Shown here piece by piece: positions 36,400 through 45,094 of a stretch of DNA of 64,000 bases (within the stretch, counting starts at the first letter, position 1; each line of letters starts with the position of its first letter). The notes below the pieces were generated by a model. It had not been told where the DNA came from. It did not search any database and saw nothing but the letters and a program-made list of their open reading frames with translations. Both the position numbers and the translations under genes were made by a program. Source of the DNA: a virus. The stretch is taken from positions 2,329-66,328 of the IMG/VR virus record IMGVR_UViG_3300029188_000196. One strand, 5' to 3'.

Positions 36400-38025
36400 C
36401 TAAAAAACGATCATGTCACGTTCGTCGTAGACGCTTCCCTGCTGCTGTCCTTCGTTTCGGATGCAGCGGTCCAGTGCCATGATCGCAGCGACGATACCAT
36501 CGATCTTCTCCGGCGACTTCGCCTTTGTCGGCTTGATGTTGCCCGCCGGGTCGGTATCCACGACCACATTGCCGGCCATCCATGCCATGACCGGGTTGCC
36601 GCCGTGGATAATTCTGCCTTCCATCAGGAGCTTGTAGAACTCCTTGGTAGGCGGGCTCATATCTTTGAAGCCCTGACCAAAAGGCACGACCGTAAATCCC
36701 ATCCCCTCAAGGTTCTGGGTCATCTGCACGGCTCCCCATCGGTCAAAGGCAATCTCTAAAATGTGATAGGTCTTGCCCAGTTCCTCGATGACCTTTTCGA
36801 TAAAACCGTAGTGGATGACATTGCCCTCGGTCGCCATCAGGTAGCCCTGCTGGTACCAGACATCATACGGAACGGATGCCCTGCGCACACGCTGGGGGAT
36901 CGTATTATCCGGTATCCAGAAGAACGGAAGCATGATGTATTTTTCTTCCGAGGTTCTGGGCGGGAACATCAGCACAAAAGCAGTGATGTCTCCGGTGCTG
37001 GACAAGTCCAGTCCTCCATAACAGTCACGGCCTTTGAGAGTTTCCATATCGATAAGCTGGTTGCCGAGGTCATAGATGTGTTCTGGGATGAACCGGGTCA
37101 GCGAGGACACCCACATATTCAGACGGAGCTGCTTGAACACATTCTCCTCTGCCGGATTGTCCGGTGCCTCCTGATACGCATCCCGAACACGCTGGATCTG
37201 AATGGTCTGGCCGAGAGAGGGATTGGCTTTATACCAGTTCGCTTCGTCGTGCCAGTCATCTTCATCCGTTAGTCCGTAGACCACGGGGTAAAAGGTGTGG
37301 TCAATCTTACGTCCAGCCAACAAGTCAAGTGCCTTCATGTGGAGTTCGTAACAGATGCTCTCCTTGTCCGTGCCGGCCGTGGTGATCAGGAAGAACAACG
37401 GCTGCTCACGGGCATCACCGGAGCCTTTGGTAAGGACATCATAGAGCTTTCGGTTGGGCTGGGCATGAACCTCATCCAGCACCAGACCCGACACATTCAA
37501 GCCGTGCTTCGTGCCGACTTCGGCAGACAGGACTTGGTAAAATCCTACATTGCCGTAATTCACGATACGCTTCGTTGCCGCCATAATCTTGCACCGCTTC
37601 AAGAGTGCCGGTGTCATCTGCACCATCTGGTGCGCGACATCAAAGACGATGGATGCCTGCTGGCGGTCGGCGGCAGCACCATAGACTTCGGCAGAGGGTT
37701 CGTTATCGGCAAAGAGCAGATACAGAGCCACCGCAGCGGCAAGTTCGGACTTGCCGTTCTTCTTACCGATTTCGACATAAGCCGTGCGAAACTGACGGTT
37801 TCCTCTCTCGTCCACGATGCCGAACACATCCCGGATGATCTGTTCCTGCCACGGAAGCAGCCAGAACCGTTTTCCCGCCCACTTGCCTTTAGTGTGTCGG
37901 AGGTTCTCAATAAAGGTCACTGCCCGGTCTGCTTTTGCGGCATCGTAGTGGCAGGTTGAAAGCATGAACCGGCTTGGCTTATAGTCCTTCAGTTTCGGAT
38001 AGTTTTTTGGTCTGCACTCTGCCAT
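36400..38025 (-). CDS. Terminase large subunit (Terminase_1 family)
   Basis: ATPase Walker A 'EIGKKNGKSELAA', 'LVLDEVHAQ' Walker B/DE and a C-terminal nuclease region. 541 aa. Confidence 0.9.
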   Translation of the reverse strand: MAECRPKNYPKLKDYKPSRFMLSTCHYDAAKADRAVTFIENLRHTKGKWAGKRFWLLPWQEQIIRDVFGIVDERGNRQFRTAYVEIGKKNGKSELAAAVALYLLFADNEPSAEVYGAAADRQQASIVFDVAHQMVQMTPALLKRCKIMAATKRIVNYGNVGFYQVLSAEVGTKHGLNVSGLVLDEVHAQPNRKLYDVLTKGSGDAREQPLFFLITTAGTDKESICYELHMKALDLLAGRKIDHTFYPVVYGLTDEDDWHDEANWYKANPSLGQTIQIQRVRDAYQEAPDNPAEENVFKQLRLNMWVSSLTRFIPEHIYDLGNQLIDMETLKGRDCYGGLDLSSTGDITAFVLMFPPRTSEEKYIMLPFFWIPDNTIPQRVRRASVPYDVWYQQGYLMATEGNVIHYGFIEKVIEELGKTYHILEIAFDRWGAVQMTQNLEGMGFTVVPFGQGFKDMSPPTKEFYKLLMEGRIIHGGNPVMAWMAGNVVVDTDPAGNIKPTKAKSPEKIDGIVAAIMALDRCIRNEGQQQGSVYDERDMIVF

Positions 38026-38510
38026 CAGCTTCCACCTCCTCCCAGCAGATTCTCCATCTCATCGGCTGCATCCGCAGGACCACCGTCCGAAGCAATGATC
38101 CGGCTTCGGGAGGACGGGGTCAGACCGAACTGCTCTGCAAACTTGTTCATGATCTTCAGATAGGTCTGTGCAATGGACACCTGCGGCACTTGCTGCCAGT
38201 AGCCGGACGGGGTCTTGACGATGGTGCCGTGCTGGGTGATGAACTCCTCAGCCTCTTTCCATCGGGCATAGGCCTGACAGTAACCGGCAAAGGCCGCCAT
38301 ATCCACTTCGGTCAGGATGCCGATGGCTTCCATCTGCTTTGCAAGTCTGCGCCACTCTTTCTTTGCTTCCGGCTCCAGCCACTTCGGACAGGCCGGCGCT
38401 TTCTTATTGGGCTTCGGTTCGCTGGTATTCAGCGGATGCTTGCCCGGATTGCCTTCCAGCTCCTTCATGGCGGTCGGCTTTGGTTTTCTGCCTCTGGTAG
38501 CCATTGGCAT
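38025..38510 (-). CDS. Terminase small subunit (P27 family)
   Basis: 'MATRGRKPKPTAMKELEGNPGKHPLN' is a typical P27 N-terminus. The start is at 38510 or 38504 (GGGAGGAG RBS). The ORF-track N-terminal extension is untranslated leader. Confidence 0.7.
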   Translation of the reverse strand: MPMATRGRKPKPTAMKELEGNPGKHPLNTSEPKPNKKAPACPKWLEPEAKKEWRRLAKQMEAIGILTEVDMAAFAGYCQAYARWKEAEEFITQHGTIVKTPSGYWQQVPQVSIAQTYLKIMNKFAEQFGLTPSSRSRIIASDGGPADAADEMENLLGGGGS

Positions 38511-38632
38511 CTCCTCCCTTCTGCAAAAATGGGTAAAGAAAAAGGACCTCCGAAGAAGTCCTTGAAATCTATATAAAACACATCGGATACGAGGCACAGC
38601 CCCTTTACGGGGCGTGTACCCTTTGGGTGCTG

Positions 38633-39013
38633 TTAGGTGTTGGGGTTGGCTTCCTTCCAAGCCTCGTACTCATCGACCAGCTCCGCTTCCTCGATGACCT
38701 GCCAGACGCTGCAGAAGCGGCTTCTTTGCTGCTCGATCTCCGCTTCCGTCCAGTCTTCCGGCTTGCGGCTCATGTCGTGGTAGGCATCCATCTCCGCCTT
38801 CGTCCGGAAGAATAGGATCTGCTTCAGCTTCAGCGTTTCCTCGTTGTTCCGCAGGCTGTACCGCTTATCCTCTGCCGCCCTGCAAAGGCTTCCGAGGTCG
38901 TTGCAGCCAAGGGTCATGTCCTGCTTGAAGGCGATCTCGATGCCGATCAGCTTCTTCTCGGTGTCGGCTTCCTGAATGTTCTTAAGGTAGGTTTTTGCTT
39001 TGTTCGTCATGGT
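38633..39013 (-). CDS. Hypothetical early protein
   Basis: 126 aa starting 'MTNKAKTYLKNIQEAD'. Preceded by GGAGG and promoter-operator module P1. Confidence 0.5.
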   Translation of the reverse strand, partial: TMTNKAKTYLKNIQEADTEKKLIGIEIAFKQDMTLGCNDLGSLCRAAEDKRYSLRNNEETLKLKQILFFRTKAEMDAYHDMSRKPEDWTEAEIEQQRSRFCSVWQVIEEAELVDEYEAWKEANPNT

Positions 39014-39060
39014 CTGTATCCTCCGTATGTTTTGTTTTCCGTAGGGCTTTTCCCTTCGTT

Positions 39061-39110
39061 GTGACTGTATATTACCGTCACTGCCGGATACTATCAAGCG
39101 GCTATACTGC
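39061..39110 (-). promoter_or_regulatory. Repeated early promoter-operator module, copy P1 (TTGATA-17-TAATAT with GTGAC-N11-GTCAC)
   Basis: Read on the minus strand: CTTGATAG, a 17-nt spacer, TAATAT. The palindrome GTGACGGTAATATACAGTCAC overlaps the -10. Confidence 0.6.
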
Positions 39111-39210
39111 ACGATCATACACACCTCTTTTTGTCGGATTTATGTGTATTTACACGCCGGAAGAATCCGCCACTACGAGCAAAAGCTCCCGAAGGAGCCC
39201 TGCCCATTTC

Positions 39211-39495
39211 TTAGTGTGCGTTTTTAATGCACCACTCGATTGCGTGTCCGGCATCCGTGTAGGTCTCATCGGAAATCTTCAGAAGCTCCAGCCGGCACTC
39301 AATCGGTGACCAGCCTTCCTCTGGGTCTTCCACAAATCCGTATACCGCTCCCTCCAGCATGCCGTTCCAGTTCATCTGGGCTACCAGAACCCGGTCACCG
39401 AACTGCATGATGCTGTCGTAGCAAGGTCTGAGTCGGTCATAGAAACTCTCGATGCTGATGTTGTTTTCCGGGAAGTCGATCAAATGCATTTTCAT
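39211..39495 (-). CDS. Hypothetical early protein
   Basis: 94 aa from 'MKMHLIDFPENN'. Preceded by module P2 and a GGAGG RBS. Confidence 0.5.
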   Translation of the reverse strand: MKMHLIDFPENNISIESFYDRLRPCYDSIMQFGDRVLVAQMNWNGMLEGAVYGFVEDPEEGWSPIECRLELLKISDETYTDAGHAIEWCIKNAH

Positions 39496-39540
39496 GGTAA
39501 AATCCTCCGTGTTTTCGTTATTCCTTGGGGCTTTCCCCTT

Positions 39541-39595
39541 TCGGTATGTGCATATTACCGTCAGGTGCAAAGGATAGCAAGCGGCTAAAGTACAC
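39541..39595 (-). promoter_or_regulatory. Early promoter-operator module, copy P2 (TTGCTA-17-TAATAT)
   Basis: Conserved module sequence. A GGGGAAAGCCCC 5'UTR hairpin lies downstream. Confidence 0.6.
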
Positions 39596-39629
39596 GATCT
39601 TCTGCCCGGAATACCAAGCAGAATGTACA

Positions 39630-39836
39630 TCACTCTGCATCCTGCTCCATGAGTTCCACAATGGTATCGTAGAAGAACTGCGGGTCATATGCCAGCGGCT
39701 CCCGTCCGGCTTCCTTGTCCATCCTGATCTGGTCTTCCACCATATCCTCGGCATCCTCCAGCGTGAAGGCATCCTTATCGCTGTCATCCATGTGGTTGTA
39801 GATTTCCACGATGGTATCCATCATCCGTTCTTCCAT
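39630..39836 (-). CDS. Small acidic hypothetical protein
   Basis: 69 aa, very acidic ('DDSDKDAFTLEDAEDMVEDQIRMDKEAG'). GGAGGG RBS 8 nt upstream. Confidence 0.45.
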   Translation of the reverse strand: MEERMMDTIVEIYNHMDDSDKDAFTLEDAEDMVEDQIRMDKEAGREPLAYDPQFFYDTIVELMEQDAE

Positions 39837-39885
39837 GTGCTTTTCCCTCCTGGCGCATCCACGCCGCCACATCTGCCCCTGTCTG

Positions 39886-39951
39886 GGGCGTTACCGGTTC
39901 ATCCGGATTGTTTTGCCACCCGTGGCACAAGCCCCTGTGTGGGGCTGTGTC
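39886..39951. repeat. Two GC-rich hairpins GCCCC-TGTNT-GGGGC about 36 bp apart
   Basis: GCCCCTGTCTGGGGC (39886-39900) and GCCCCTGTGTGGGGC (39937-39951) lie between two early genes. No U-tract follows, so they are not canonical terminators. Confidence 0.5.
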
Positions 39952-39964
39952 GGGGGCTGCCGGT

Positions 39965-40156
39965 TTATCTGTTCATCCGTCCCAGCAGGTAGGCTTCCTC
40001 CATTGCTTTCTGGATGCCCCAGACCGGAACCTCGATGAAGTCCTCGCTGTCATTGTCGCGGACTTCGAGGTCTCCCCGGCTGTCTACCGCTGCCATCAGG
40101 CGCTTGGCGATCTCCAGCAGGGCTTTTTCCTCTTCCTTGGTGATGTTCTTCTTCAT
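39965..40156 (-). CDS. Hypothetical early protein
   Basis: 64 aa from 'MKKNITKEEEKALLEIAKRL'. Preceded by module P3. Confidence 0.45.
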   Translation of the reverse strand: MKKNITKEEEKALLEIAKRLMAAVDSRGDLEVRDNDSEDFIEVPVWGIQKAMEEAYLLGRMNR

Positions 40157-40186
40157 GGTGGTTTCCTCCGTTTTTCTTGGTTTTCC

Positions 40187-40240
40187 GTTTCGGTATGTGC
40201 ATATTACCGTCACTTCCACACACTATCAAGCGGCTATACT
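40187..40240 (-). promoter_or_regulatory. Early promoter-operator module, copy P3 (TTGATA-17-TAATAT)
   Basis: Conserved module sequence. Confidence 0.6.
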
Positions 40241-40327
40241 ACACAAAGATGGGAAATCAGAACTGTGAGTATTACGGTAGAAGAAAAGGGCTGCCGTTTT
40301 TCGGCAAGCCCCATGTGTTTCTCTGGC

Positions 40328-40792
40328 TTAGTAGTCTTCTTCGTCCTCGTAATCTTCCTCGTCGTAGTCCTCTTCGTCCCAGCCGTCTTCCTCTTCTTCC
40401 ATCCAGCTGTCATCCCGGTCTTCTTGCTCATCCTTGAAGTCCCACATGTCTTTGGTCGGCTGGTTTCGGAGGTCTGGGTTCTGTTCGATGTAGTCGGCGA
40501 CCGCTCCCTCAAGGGTATCCAGCACCTTTTCGTAAGCATCCTCGCTGAAGATTTCCCAAAGGGCAACCGTCAGGTCTGCGATTTCGTGGTTGCCTTTTGC
40601 AATCAGGAATCGGGCCGGCGGGTTGCAGGTTTCCTTGCCGTAGGCAATGTTCACCATGTCGCCGTCGTTGCAGAATCGGTATCCGATTCGGTTGATGGCT
40701 CTGACCAGTTCTCCGGCGAGGCTTTCTGCCTTGCCCATGTCCGGCACCAGTTCCTTAAAAAGTTTGCTCAGTCGCTCTTCGTTCTTCGTCAT
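40328..40792 (-). CDS. Acidic early protein with poly-Asp/Glu C-terminus (candidate DNA-mimic / anti-restriction protein)
   Basis: 154 aa ending 'DDSWMEEEEDGWDEEDYDEEDYEDEEDY'. Preceded by module P4. Confidence 0.45.
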   Translation of the reverse strand: MTKNEERLSKLFKELVPDMGKAESLAGELVRAINRIGYRFCNDGDMVNIAYGKETCNPPARFLIAKGNHEIADLTVALWEIFSEDAYEKVLDTLEGAVADYIEQNPDLRNQPTKDMWDFKDEQEDRDDSWMEEEEDGWDEEDYDEEDYEDEEDY

Positions 40793-40822
40793 TGTCGTAT
40801 CCTCCGTTTTTGTTGTTTTCCC

Positions 40823-40878
40823 CTTTCGGTGACTGTATATTACCGTCACCTCGGAGCACTATCAAGTGGCTATACTAC
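40823..40878 (-). promoter_or_regulatory. Early promoter-operator module, copy P4 (TTGATA-17-TAATAT with GTGAC-N11-GTCAC)
   Basis: Conserved module sequence including the full palindrome. Confidence 0.6.
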
Positions 40879-40994
40879 ACGATCATTCGGCCCTGTAATT
40901 GTCATATTCATGTGCTTTTCATGCCAGCTTTCGGAAGACAGACACGAGCAAAAGGCTGGTCGATTCCAGCCCCTTGCGCCTGTCGGTCTTGCCC

Positions 40995-41255
40995 TTATCG
41001 GATAATTTCGAGGTAGCTGATGTTGCCCCAGCAATCCGTACCCTTGAAGCGGATGCGCTTTTCGTTCTCCCTGTCGAGGGTGAATTTCCGCAGGAGCTTC
41101 ATCTTCTGGATACGGTTCAGAAGGTCCTTGCCGTTCTTCGCATCCTCAACGGCATCCCTGATCTCGACCACCGCACTGTCGCTTCCGTACCAAAGGTTGC
41201 TGAGTGCCTCCGGAATTCCGTTTGCAAGGTAAAGGTTGATTTTTGTGTAGGTCAT
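40995..41255 (-). CDS. Hypothetical early protein
   Basis: 86-aa ORF, second gene of a two-gene unit behind P5. Confidence 0.45.
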   Translation of the reverse strand: MTYTKINLYLANGIPEALSNLWYGSDSAVVEIRDAVEDAKNGKDLLNRIQKMKLLRKFTLDRENEKRIRFKGTDCWGNISYLEIIR

Positions 41256-41270
41256 GTTTTTGTTCTCCTC

Positions 41271-41477
41271 TCAGAATGTCATCGTTTCCAGAATCTCATC
41301 CATGCCTGTCTCCCAGTCATGGCGGCTAAGTTCAATTTTGCTGTACATCTCTGCGCTGTCCGGCTCATCGAAAAGCCGGAAGCATTCTCTTGCCAGCTCC
41401 TCGCTAGTGTGCTGCTGGATTTCATCCGGCTGTCCATCCAGCCGTGTAAAGGTGATCTCGTAAGTGTAGCGTTCCAT
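41271..41477 (-). CDS. Hypothetical early protein
   Basis: 68 aa, 'MERYTYEITFTRLDGQPDEIQQH...'. Preceded by module P5. Confidence 0.45.
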   Translation of the reverse strand: MERYTYEITFTRLDGQPDEIQQHTSEELARECFRLFDEPDSAEMYSKIELSRHDWETGMDEILETMTF

Positions 41478-41496
41478 GTTCTTTGCCCCTTTCGTT

Positions 41497-41550
41497 TTGG
41501 TAGCTGTATATTACCGTCACTGCCGGATACTATCAAGCGGCTAAAGTACA
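41497..41550 (-). promoter_or_regulatory. Early promoter-operator module, copy P5 (TTGATA-17-TAATAT)
   Basis: Nearly identical to P1 over more than 50 bp. Confidence 0.6.
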
Positions 41551-41616
41551 CGATCATCTGCGCCCTGATCTGGTGGATTTATGTGTTTATCCGGGGAGGT
41601 TTCCCTCCCCGTTTTC

Positions 41617-41793
41617 TTAGCTGAACATCTCTGCCGTGTCATCGTCAATCCAAAGGTGCATGCCATCTGCTTCCATGATCGCGTGGTCTTCATGAACCTC
41701 GGTGATGATTCCTTCCCGGCTTCCGCTACCATCGAATTCGTTCCAGTGCCATGTTGTCTTTCTTCCTTTTTTCCATGTTCTCCAATCAGCCAT
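41617..41793 (-). CDS. Hypothetical early protein
   Basis: 58 aa from 'MADWRTWKKGRK'. Preceded by module P6. Confidence 0.4.
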   Translation of the reverse strand: MADWRTWKKGRKTTWHWNEFDGSGSREGIITEVHEDHAIMEADGMHLWIDDDTAEMFS

Positions 41794-41816
41794 TCTGCTG
41801 TCCTCCTTTGCTTTTT

Positions 41817-41866
41817 GTAGCTGTATATTACCGTCACTGCCCTGTGATAGCAAGGCCATAAAACCT
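41817..41866 (-). promoter_or_regulatory. Early promoter-operator module, copy P6 (TTGCTA-17-TAATAT)
   Basis: Conserved module sequence. Confidence 0.55.
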
Positions 41867-42002
41867 CATATTATCAACGATCTTCGTCCCTCATGTTTGG
41901 TACATATATGACCCCTGATTGACTTGCTATATATGTGTTTCTGCGGCATTATACACACAACGAAAGCAAAGAAAACCAAACCAAAAACGGAGGACAAAAA
42001 CC

Positions 42003-42254
42003 ATGAAAAAGACCATTACAGAAGTTGAAACCGCAATCGAAAACCGCATCGCAGAGCTTGAAGAAGAATACGAGCTGGACATTTACGACCGCAACGACAT
42101 TCGGGAAGAAGAATACCAGAAAGCCGGATGGCGGCACGACCCTTTCCCAGAGGAGCTTGAGGAAAAGGACGAAGAAGAGGAAGAGGATTGGCACTACCAC
42201 AGCATGGAGGAACGACTGAACGAGGTCGGCATGAGCATGAGGGATTTCTTCTAA
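42003..42254 (+). CDS. Small acidic coiled-coil protein (only plus-strand gene in the prophage)
   Basis: 83 aa from 'MKKTITEVETAIENRIAELEEEY' with an 'EEKDEEEEEDWHYH' acidic tail. GGAGG RBS 9 nt upstream. Confidence 0.5.
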   Translation: MKKTITEVETAIENRIAELEEEYELDIYDRNDIREEEYQKAGWRHDPFPEELEEKDEEEEEDWHYHSMEERLNEVGMSMRDFF

Positions 42255-42373
42255 GGAATCCCAAGAGGCTCCCCAGCAGAGGCTGGGGCTCTGCCTCGTA
42301 TCCCCCGTTTTGGTTTGGTATGATACACAAAACCGCTGCCAGATGTTTGTGTACATTATGGCGGCGGTTTTCC

Positions 42374-42402
42374 TTGCTATCGTTGCTTTCCAGAGGTAAT
42401 AT
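42374..42402 (+). promoter_or_regulatory. Inverted-orientation copy P9 of the early promoter module (TTGCTA-17-TAATAT, plus strand)
   Basis: Same module on the opposite strand. It fires into the 42412-42447 hairpin and runs antisense to the minus-strand genes at 42453..43099. Confidence 0.45.
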
Positions 42403-42411
42403 ACAGTAAAC

Positions 42412-42447
42412 TGGAAGGGGGTTCTCATTCTTTTGAGGCCCCCATTT
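42412..42447. terminator. Bidirectional terminator hairpin between convergent genes
   Basis: GGGGG-ttctcattcttttgagg-CCCCC, followed by ATTTTCC on the plus strand. Confidence 0.55.
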
Positions 42448-42452
42448 TCCGT

Positions 42453-42644
42453 CTAATCGGCTTCGCCCTGTATTGCCTGATGCATCACCCTGCGGTTATG
42501 CGCTCTGGCTTTCTTTTTCAGATCCCTTTTCCATCTGCGGATGGTCACCGCCTTGCAGTGGTTTCTCGACCATTCGTATTCATCCAGAACGTATCTGCCG
42601 CCGTGTTCCCTCTCGCCATAAGCCGGCATCTTTCTGTGTCCCAT
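42453..42644 (-). CDS. Small basic hypothetical protein
   Basis: 63 aa, Arg/Lys/His-rich. Confidence 0.4.
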   Translation of the reverse strand: MGHRKMPAYGEREHGGRYVLDEYEWSRNHCKAVTIRRWKRDLKKKARAHNRRVMHQAIQGEAD

Positions 42645-42715
42645 AGGCTCCTCCTGTTAAACTAAGCCCTCCCGGTCTTTTCTGGCCGAGAGGGTATTTT
42701 TCTGATTGTGGTATC

Positions 42716-43099
42716 TTATTCCGGTTTCGTGCCGTCATCCATCCGGATGATACTCATCTGCCCGAACATGCTGACGAATGCTTCCGGCACCCAGAAGCGT
42801 TCCGTATATTTGCGGATGAGGTCTTCCGGCAGCTCTGCGAAATCCTCCTCGCCCAATCCGCAAATGAAGAAGTTTCCCTTGATGGGCTGCTTCAGCTCTG
42901 GGATGTATCTGCTGAACGGCTTCTCAGTGAACAGCCCGTTGTCGTCCGTTACCAATGCGACTGCATCGGCTTCCCACGGGTAGGTTGCCGTAATGCAGTC
43001 GCATTCGAGGATGCGGTAGAATTCATCCAGCGAATCCTCGATGTCGACCACCTGCGGATGCTCCATAGGCTTGATCAGAAGGACTTTCATTCGACCCAC
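42716..43099 (-). CDS. DUF3846-like protein
   Basis: 'MKVLLIKPMEHPQVVDIEDSLDEFYRIL' N-terminus resembles DUF3846, a family common in early/anti-restriction regions of phages and conjugative elements. Family assignment is from memory. Confidence 0.45.
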   Translation of the reverse strand: MGRMKVLLIKPMEHPQVVDIEDSLDEFYRILECDCITATYPWEADAVALVTDDNGLFTEKPFSRYIPELKQPIKGNFFICGLGEEDFAELPEDLIRKYTERFWVPEAFVSMFGQMSIIRMDDGTKPE

Positions 43100-43106
43100 C
43101 CCGCTT

Positions 43107-43556
43107 TCACGATTCCGTATCCATGCATTCTTTCAGCGCACTTTCGAGGATGTGCATCGGGAACTTGAATGTCTTGTAGCCGTCATGCAGAACTTTGTAG
43201 TAATGCAGACTCGGTGCGCGCCGACCGAAGTCGTTTTCCATAATGTAGACCATTGCGGTCACCATCTCCGGCTCTGCGCCCTCACGGAGCAGTTCGATGT
43301 TCAGTTCTTCCTTGCGGTAGTAGGTCGGGTAGCCCTCGTAGGTGTCGAGGTTCTTTTCATCCCTCTCGGAAATCTCCCACACCAGAACCGGGGTGTTCTT
43401 CTTCGGATTCGGTGCAATGGTGGCGCAGCCCCGGAACAAAAGCTCCCAGCCGGCCAGCACCGCCTGTCCTGCGATTCTGGCATCCGGACACCGGTGTGCC
43501 ATCTGCTCCACCGACAGGTTGCTGCCGTAGGCAATGTAGTATTTCTTGTTTTTCAT
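43107..43556 (-). CDS. Gamma-glutamyl cyclotransferase-like (GGCT/AIG2-like) protein
   Basis: 'KYYIAYGSNLSVEQMAHRCPDA...VLAGWELLF' matches the AIG2/GGCT fold signature (YGSN(L/M) motif). 149 aa. Confidence 0.65.
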   Translation of the reverse strand: MKNKKYYIAYGSNLSVEQMAHRCPDARIAGQAVLAGWELLFRGCATIAPNPKKNTPVLVWEISERDEKNLDTYEGYPTYYRKEELNIELLREGAEPEMVTAMVYIMENDFGRRAPSLHYYKVLHDGYKTFKFPMHILESALKECMDTES

Positions 43557-43686
43557 TATTTCTTCGCGCTCCTTTCGTTTTCGCCCTTGTAAGGTGGTAT
43601 GGTATATATGCCTCTGTTCGGCTTAATTATCAAGGTCGATGAGCATCATATACTGCACAATGTTTTCTACCTGTGATCGTGTACTT

Positions 43687-43917
43687 TTACATTGGCGGCA
43701 GTTCACACGCCGTTACTTCGACTCCCTGGAAATCTTCGGTTCCCAGTTCGATTTGGCTGTCCTGCCACCAATCCTCCGCAACACGCTCGGCTTCCTGAAC
43801 GGTCGGCTCTTTCATTTCGGATTCATACACGGTGATGGTTCTCTGGTAGGTTTCGGTAATGGTCACCTTGAACGCTCTGCCATTCGGCTGGTTCTTTGTC
43901 TTGCTGGTATTGTTCAT
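43687..43917 (-). CDS. Hypothetical protein
   Basis: 76-aa ORF downstream of amidoligase-1, preceded by a GGGCGG..CCGCCC hairpin and a GAGGAAGGGAG RBS. Confidence 0.4.
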   Translation of the reverse strand: MNNTSKTKNQPNGRAFKVTITETYQRTITVYESEMKEPTVQEAERVAEDWWQDSQIELGTEDFQGVEVTACELPPM

Positions 43918-43990
43918 AGCTTTCGCTCCCTTCCTCTACCACCTAAAGGGCGGTTGTCCGCCCATAAGGTTCTTTCAGTTTGCGTAAGGC

Positions 43991-44926
43991 TTACCGCCAT
44001 GCGCTGTTCCCTTCCATGTTGTTCAGGTAGTATTCTCTGGCAGTCTTGAATTCGTCACCGATGAAGCCAAGCCTCAGCATCCAGCACCGCATTGCGTACT
44101 TTTCGTTCTCGGTCTGCTGGGGTTTAGGGCTTGCTGTTCTGACCATCTTGGCAAGCTGGTTGATGGCAAGGCAAAGCTGGATGAATGACTTGACCTGTCC
44201 AGCATGCATTCCGTTCTGCTTGCCATCGTGAGGGCAGTCGAATTGAAAAAGCCGAAATTCGATGGTGTGGTGTCCGTGGAAGAAGCTGTGCAGGTTGCAA
44301 ACTCGATATCGTGACGAATTGTAGTGGGTGTACCGATTCCCGTCCGCATTCTGTGTCTGATACCAGAGGTCTTCAAGCTCCTCCATCGTTCTGGGCTTCT
44401 TTCGATTGACCCCTTCCAGAAACTTGGGGTCAACCGTTCGGCAGTAACGGTTCATTCGGTTGCGGTCAATTCGGATTGCTTTTGCCAGCTGGCTTTCATG
44501 GGCCGCCATGATGTTCACGAGGTTTCGGATGGTCTGCGGTGTGTGTCCCTCCCCGCTGATATGAACATGAACTCCCGCCATTCTGGTGTAATCACTTTTC
44601 ATTCCGGCTTTCCGCAGTGCTCTTACAACCCCCTGCAGAAGTTCCATGTCCTCGTAATGAAGAATGGGGCTGACCATTTCACATTTCTGGCTTTCCGGGC
44701 CGGTAATGCTGACATCCTTCTGAAACTTCCACTCCCTGCCCTGCGCATCCCACGCACTCCACGCATCGTAGCCGTTGCGTCCTGCAGTGTATTCGTAGCG
44801 GTCGGTCTCAAAATACCGTGCCGCCGTTCTGGCAGCTTTCTCTCTCGTGATATTGTTACCCTCGATTTCAATACCGAATGTAGGCTTCTTCATGGCTTCA
44901 ATCTGCTCTCTTGTTTTATCATTCAT
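43991..44926 (-). CDS. Amidoligase (GCS2/COG2170-like carboxylate-amine ligase, 'Amidoligase_2')
   Basis: 'KKPTFGIEIEGNN' N-terminal strand and 'GVHVHISGEGH' HxH motif, as in the glutamate-cysteine-ligase-2 / PF12224 family. 311 aa. Preceded by module P7. Confidence 0.7.
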   Translation of the reverse strand: MNDKTREQIEAMKKPTFGIEIEGNNITREKAARTAARYFETDRYEYTAGRNGYDAWSAWDAQGREWKFQKDVSITGPESQKCEMVSPILHYEDMELLQGVVRALRKAGMKSDYTRMAGVHVHISGEGHTPQTIRNLVNIMAAHESQLAKAIRIDRNRMNRYCRTVDPKFLEGVNRKKPRTMEELEDLWYQTQNADGNRYTHYNSSRYRVCNLHSFFHGHHTIEFRLFQFDCPHDGKQNGMHAGQVKSFIQLCLAINQLAKMVRTASPKPQQTENEKYAMRCWMLRLGFIGDEFKTAREYYLNNMEGNSAWR

Positions 44927-44948
44927 GGTATGTTCTCCTTTGGCTTTC

Positions 44949-44997
44949 TTCCCTTTCGGTGTGTGTATATTACCGTCAGGAACGGACTAATTCAAGG
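44949..44997 (-). promoter_or_regulatory. Early promoter-operator module, copy P7 (TTGAAT-17-TAATAT)
   Basis: Conserved module sequence. Confidence 0.55.
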
Positions 44998-45065
44998 CCA
45001 TAAAAGAACATATAGTCGACAAATATACAGTAGAAAAATCGTGTACATTTCTGCGATTTATCCGC

Positions 45066-45094
45066 TTGATAATGTACATTTGAAGAGTTAATAT
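45066..45094 (+). promoter_or_regulatory. Inverted-orientation promoter P10 (TTGATA-17-TAATAT, plus strand), antisense to the amidoligase-2 3' end
   Basis: It shares the CCGCTTGATA -35 context with the early modules. No RBS-preceded ORF lies downstream. Confidence 0.4.

Noticed and set aside
38633-41859. Recurring peptide 'YSRLIVSGSDGNIQ' at the N-termini of several predicted ORFs
   Set aside because: It is not a protein family. These residues are the in-frame translation of the repeated promoter/leader DNA upstream of the real start codons (which carry a GGAGG RBS). The true proteins start at internal Met residues.
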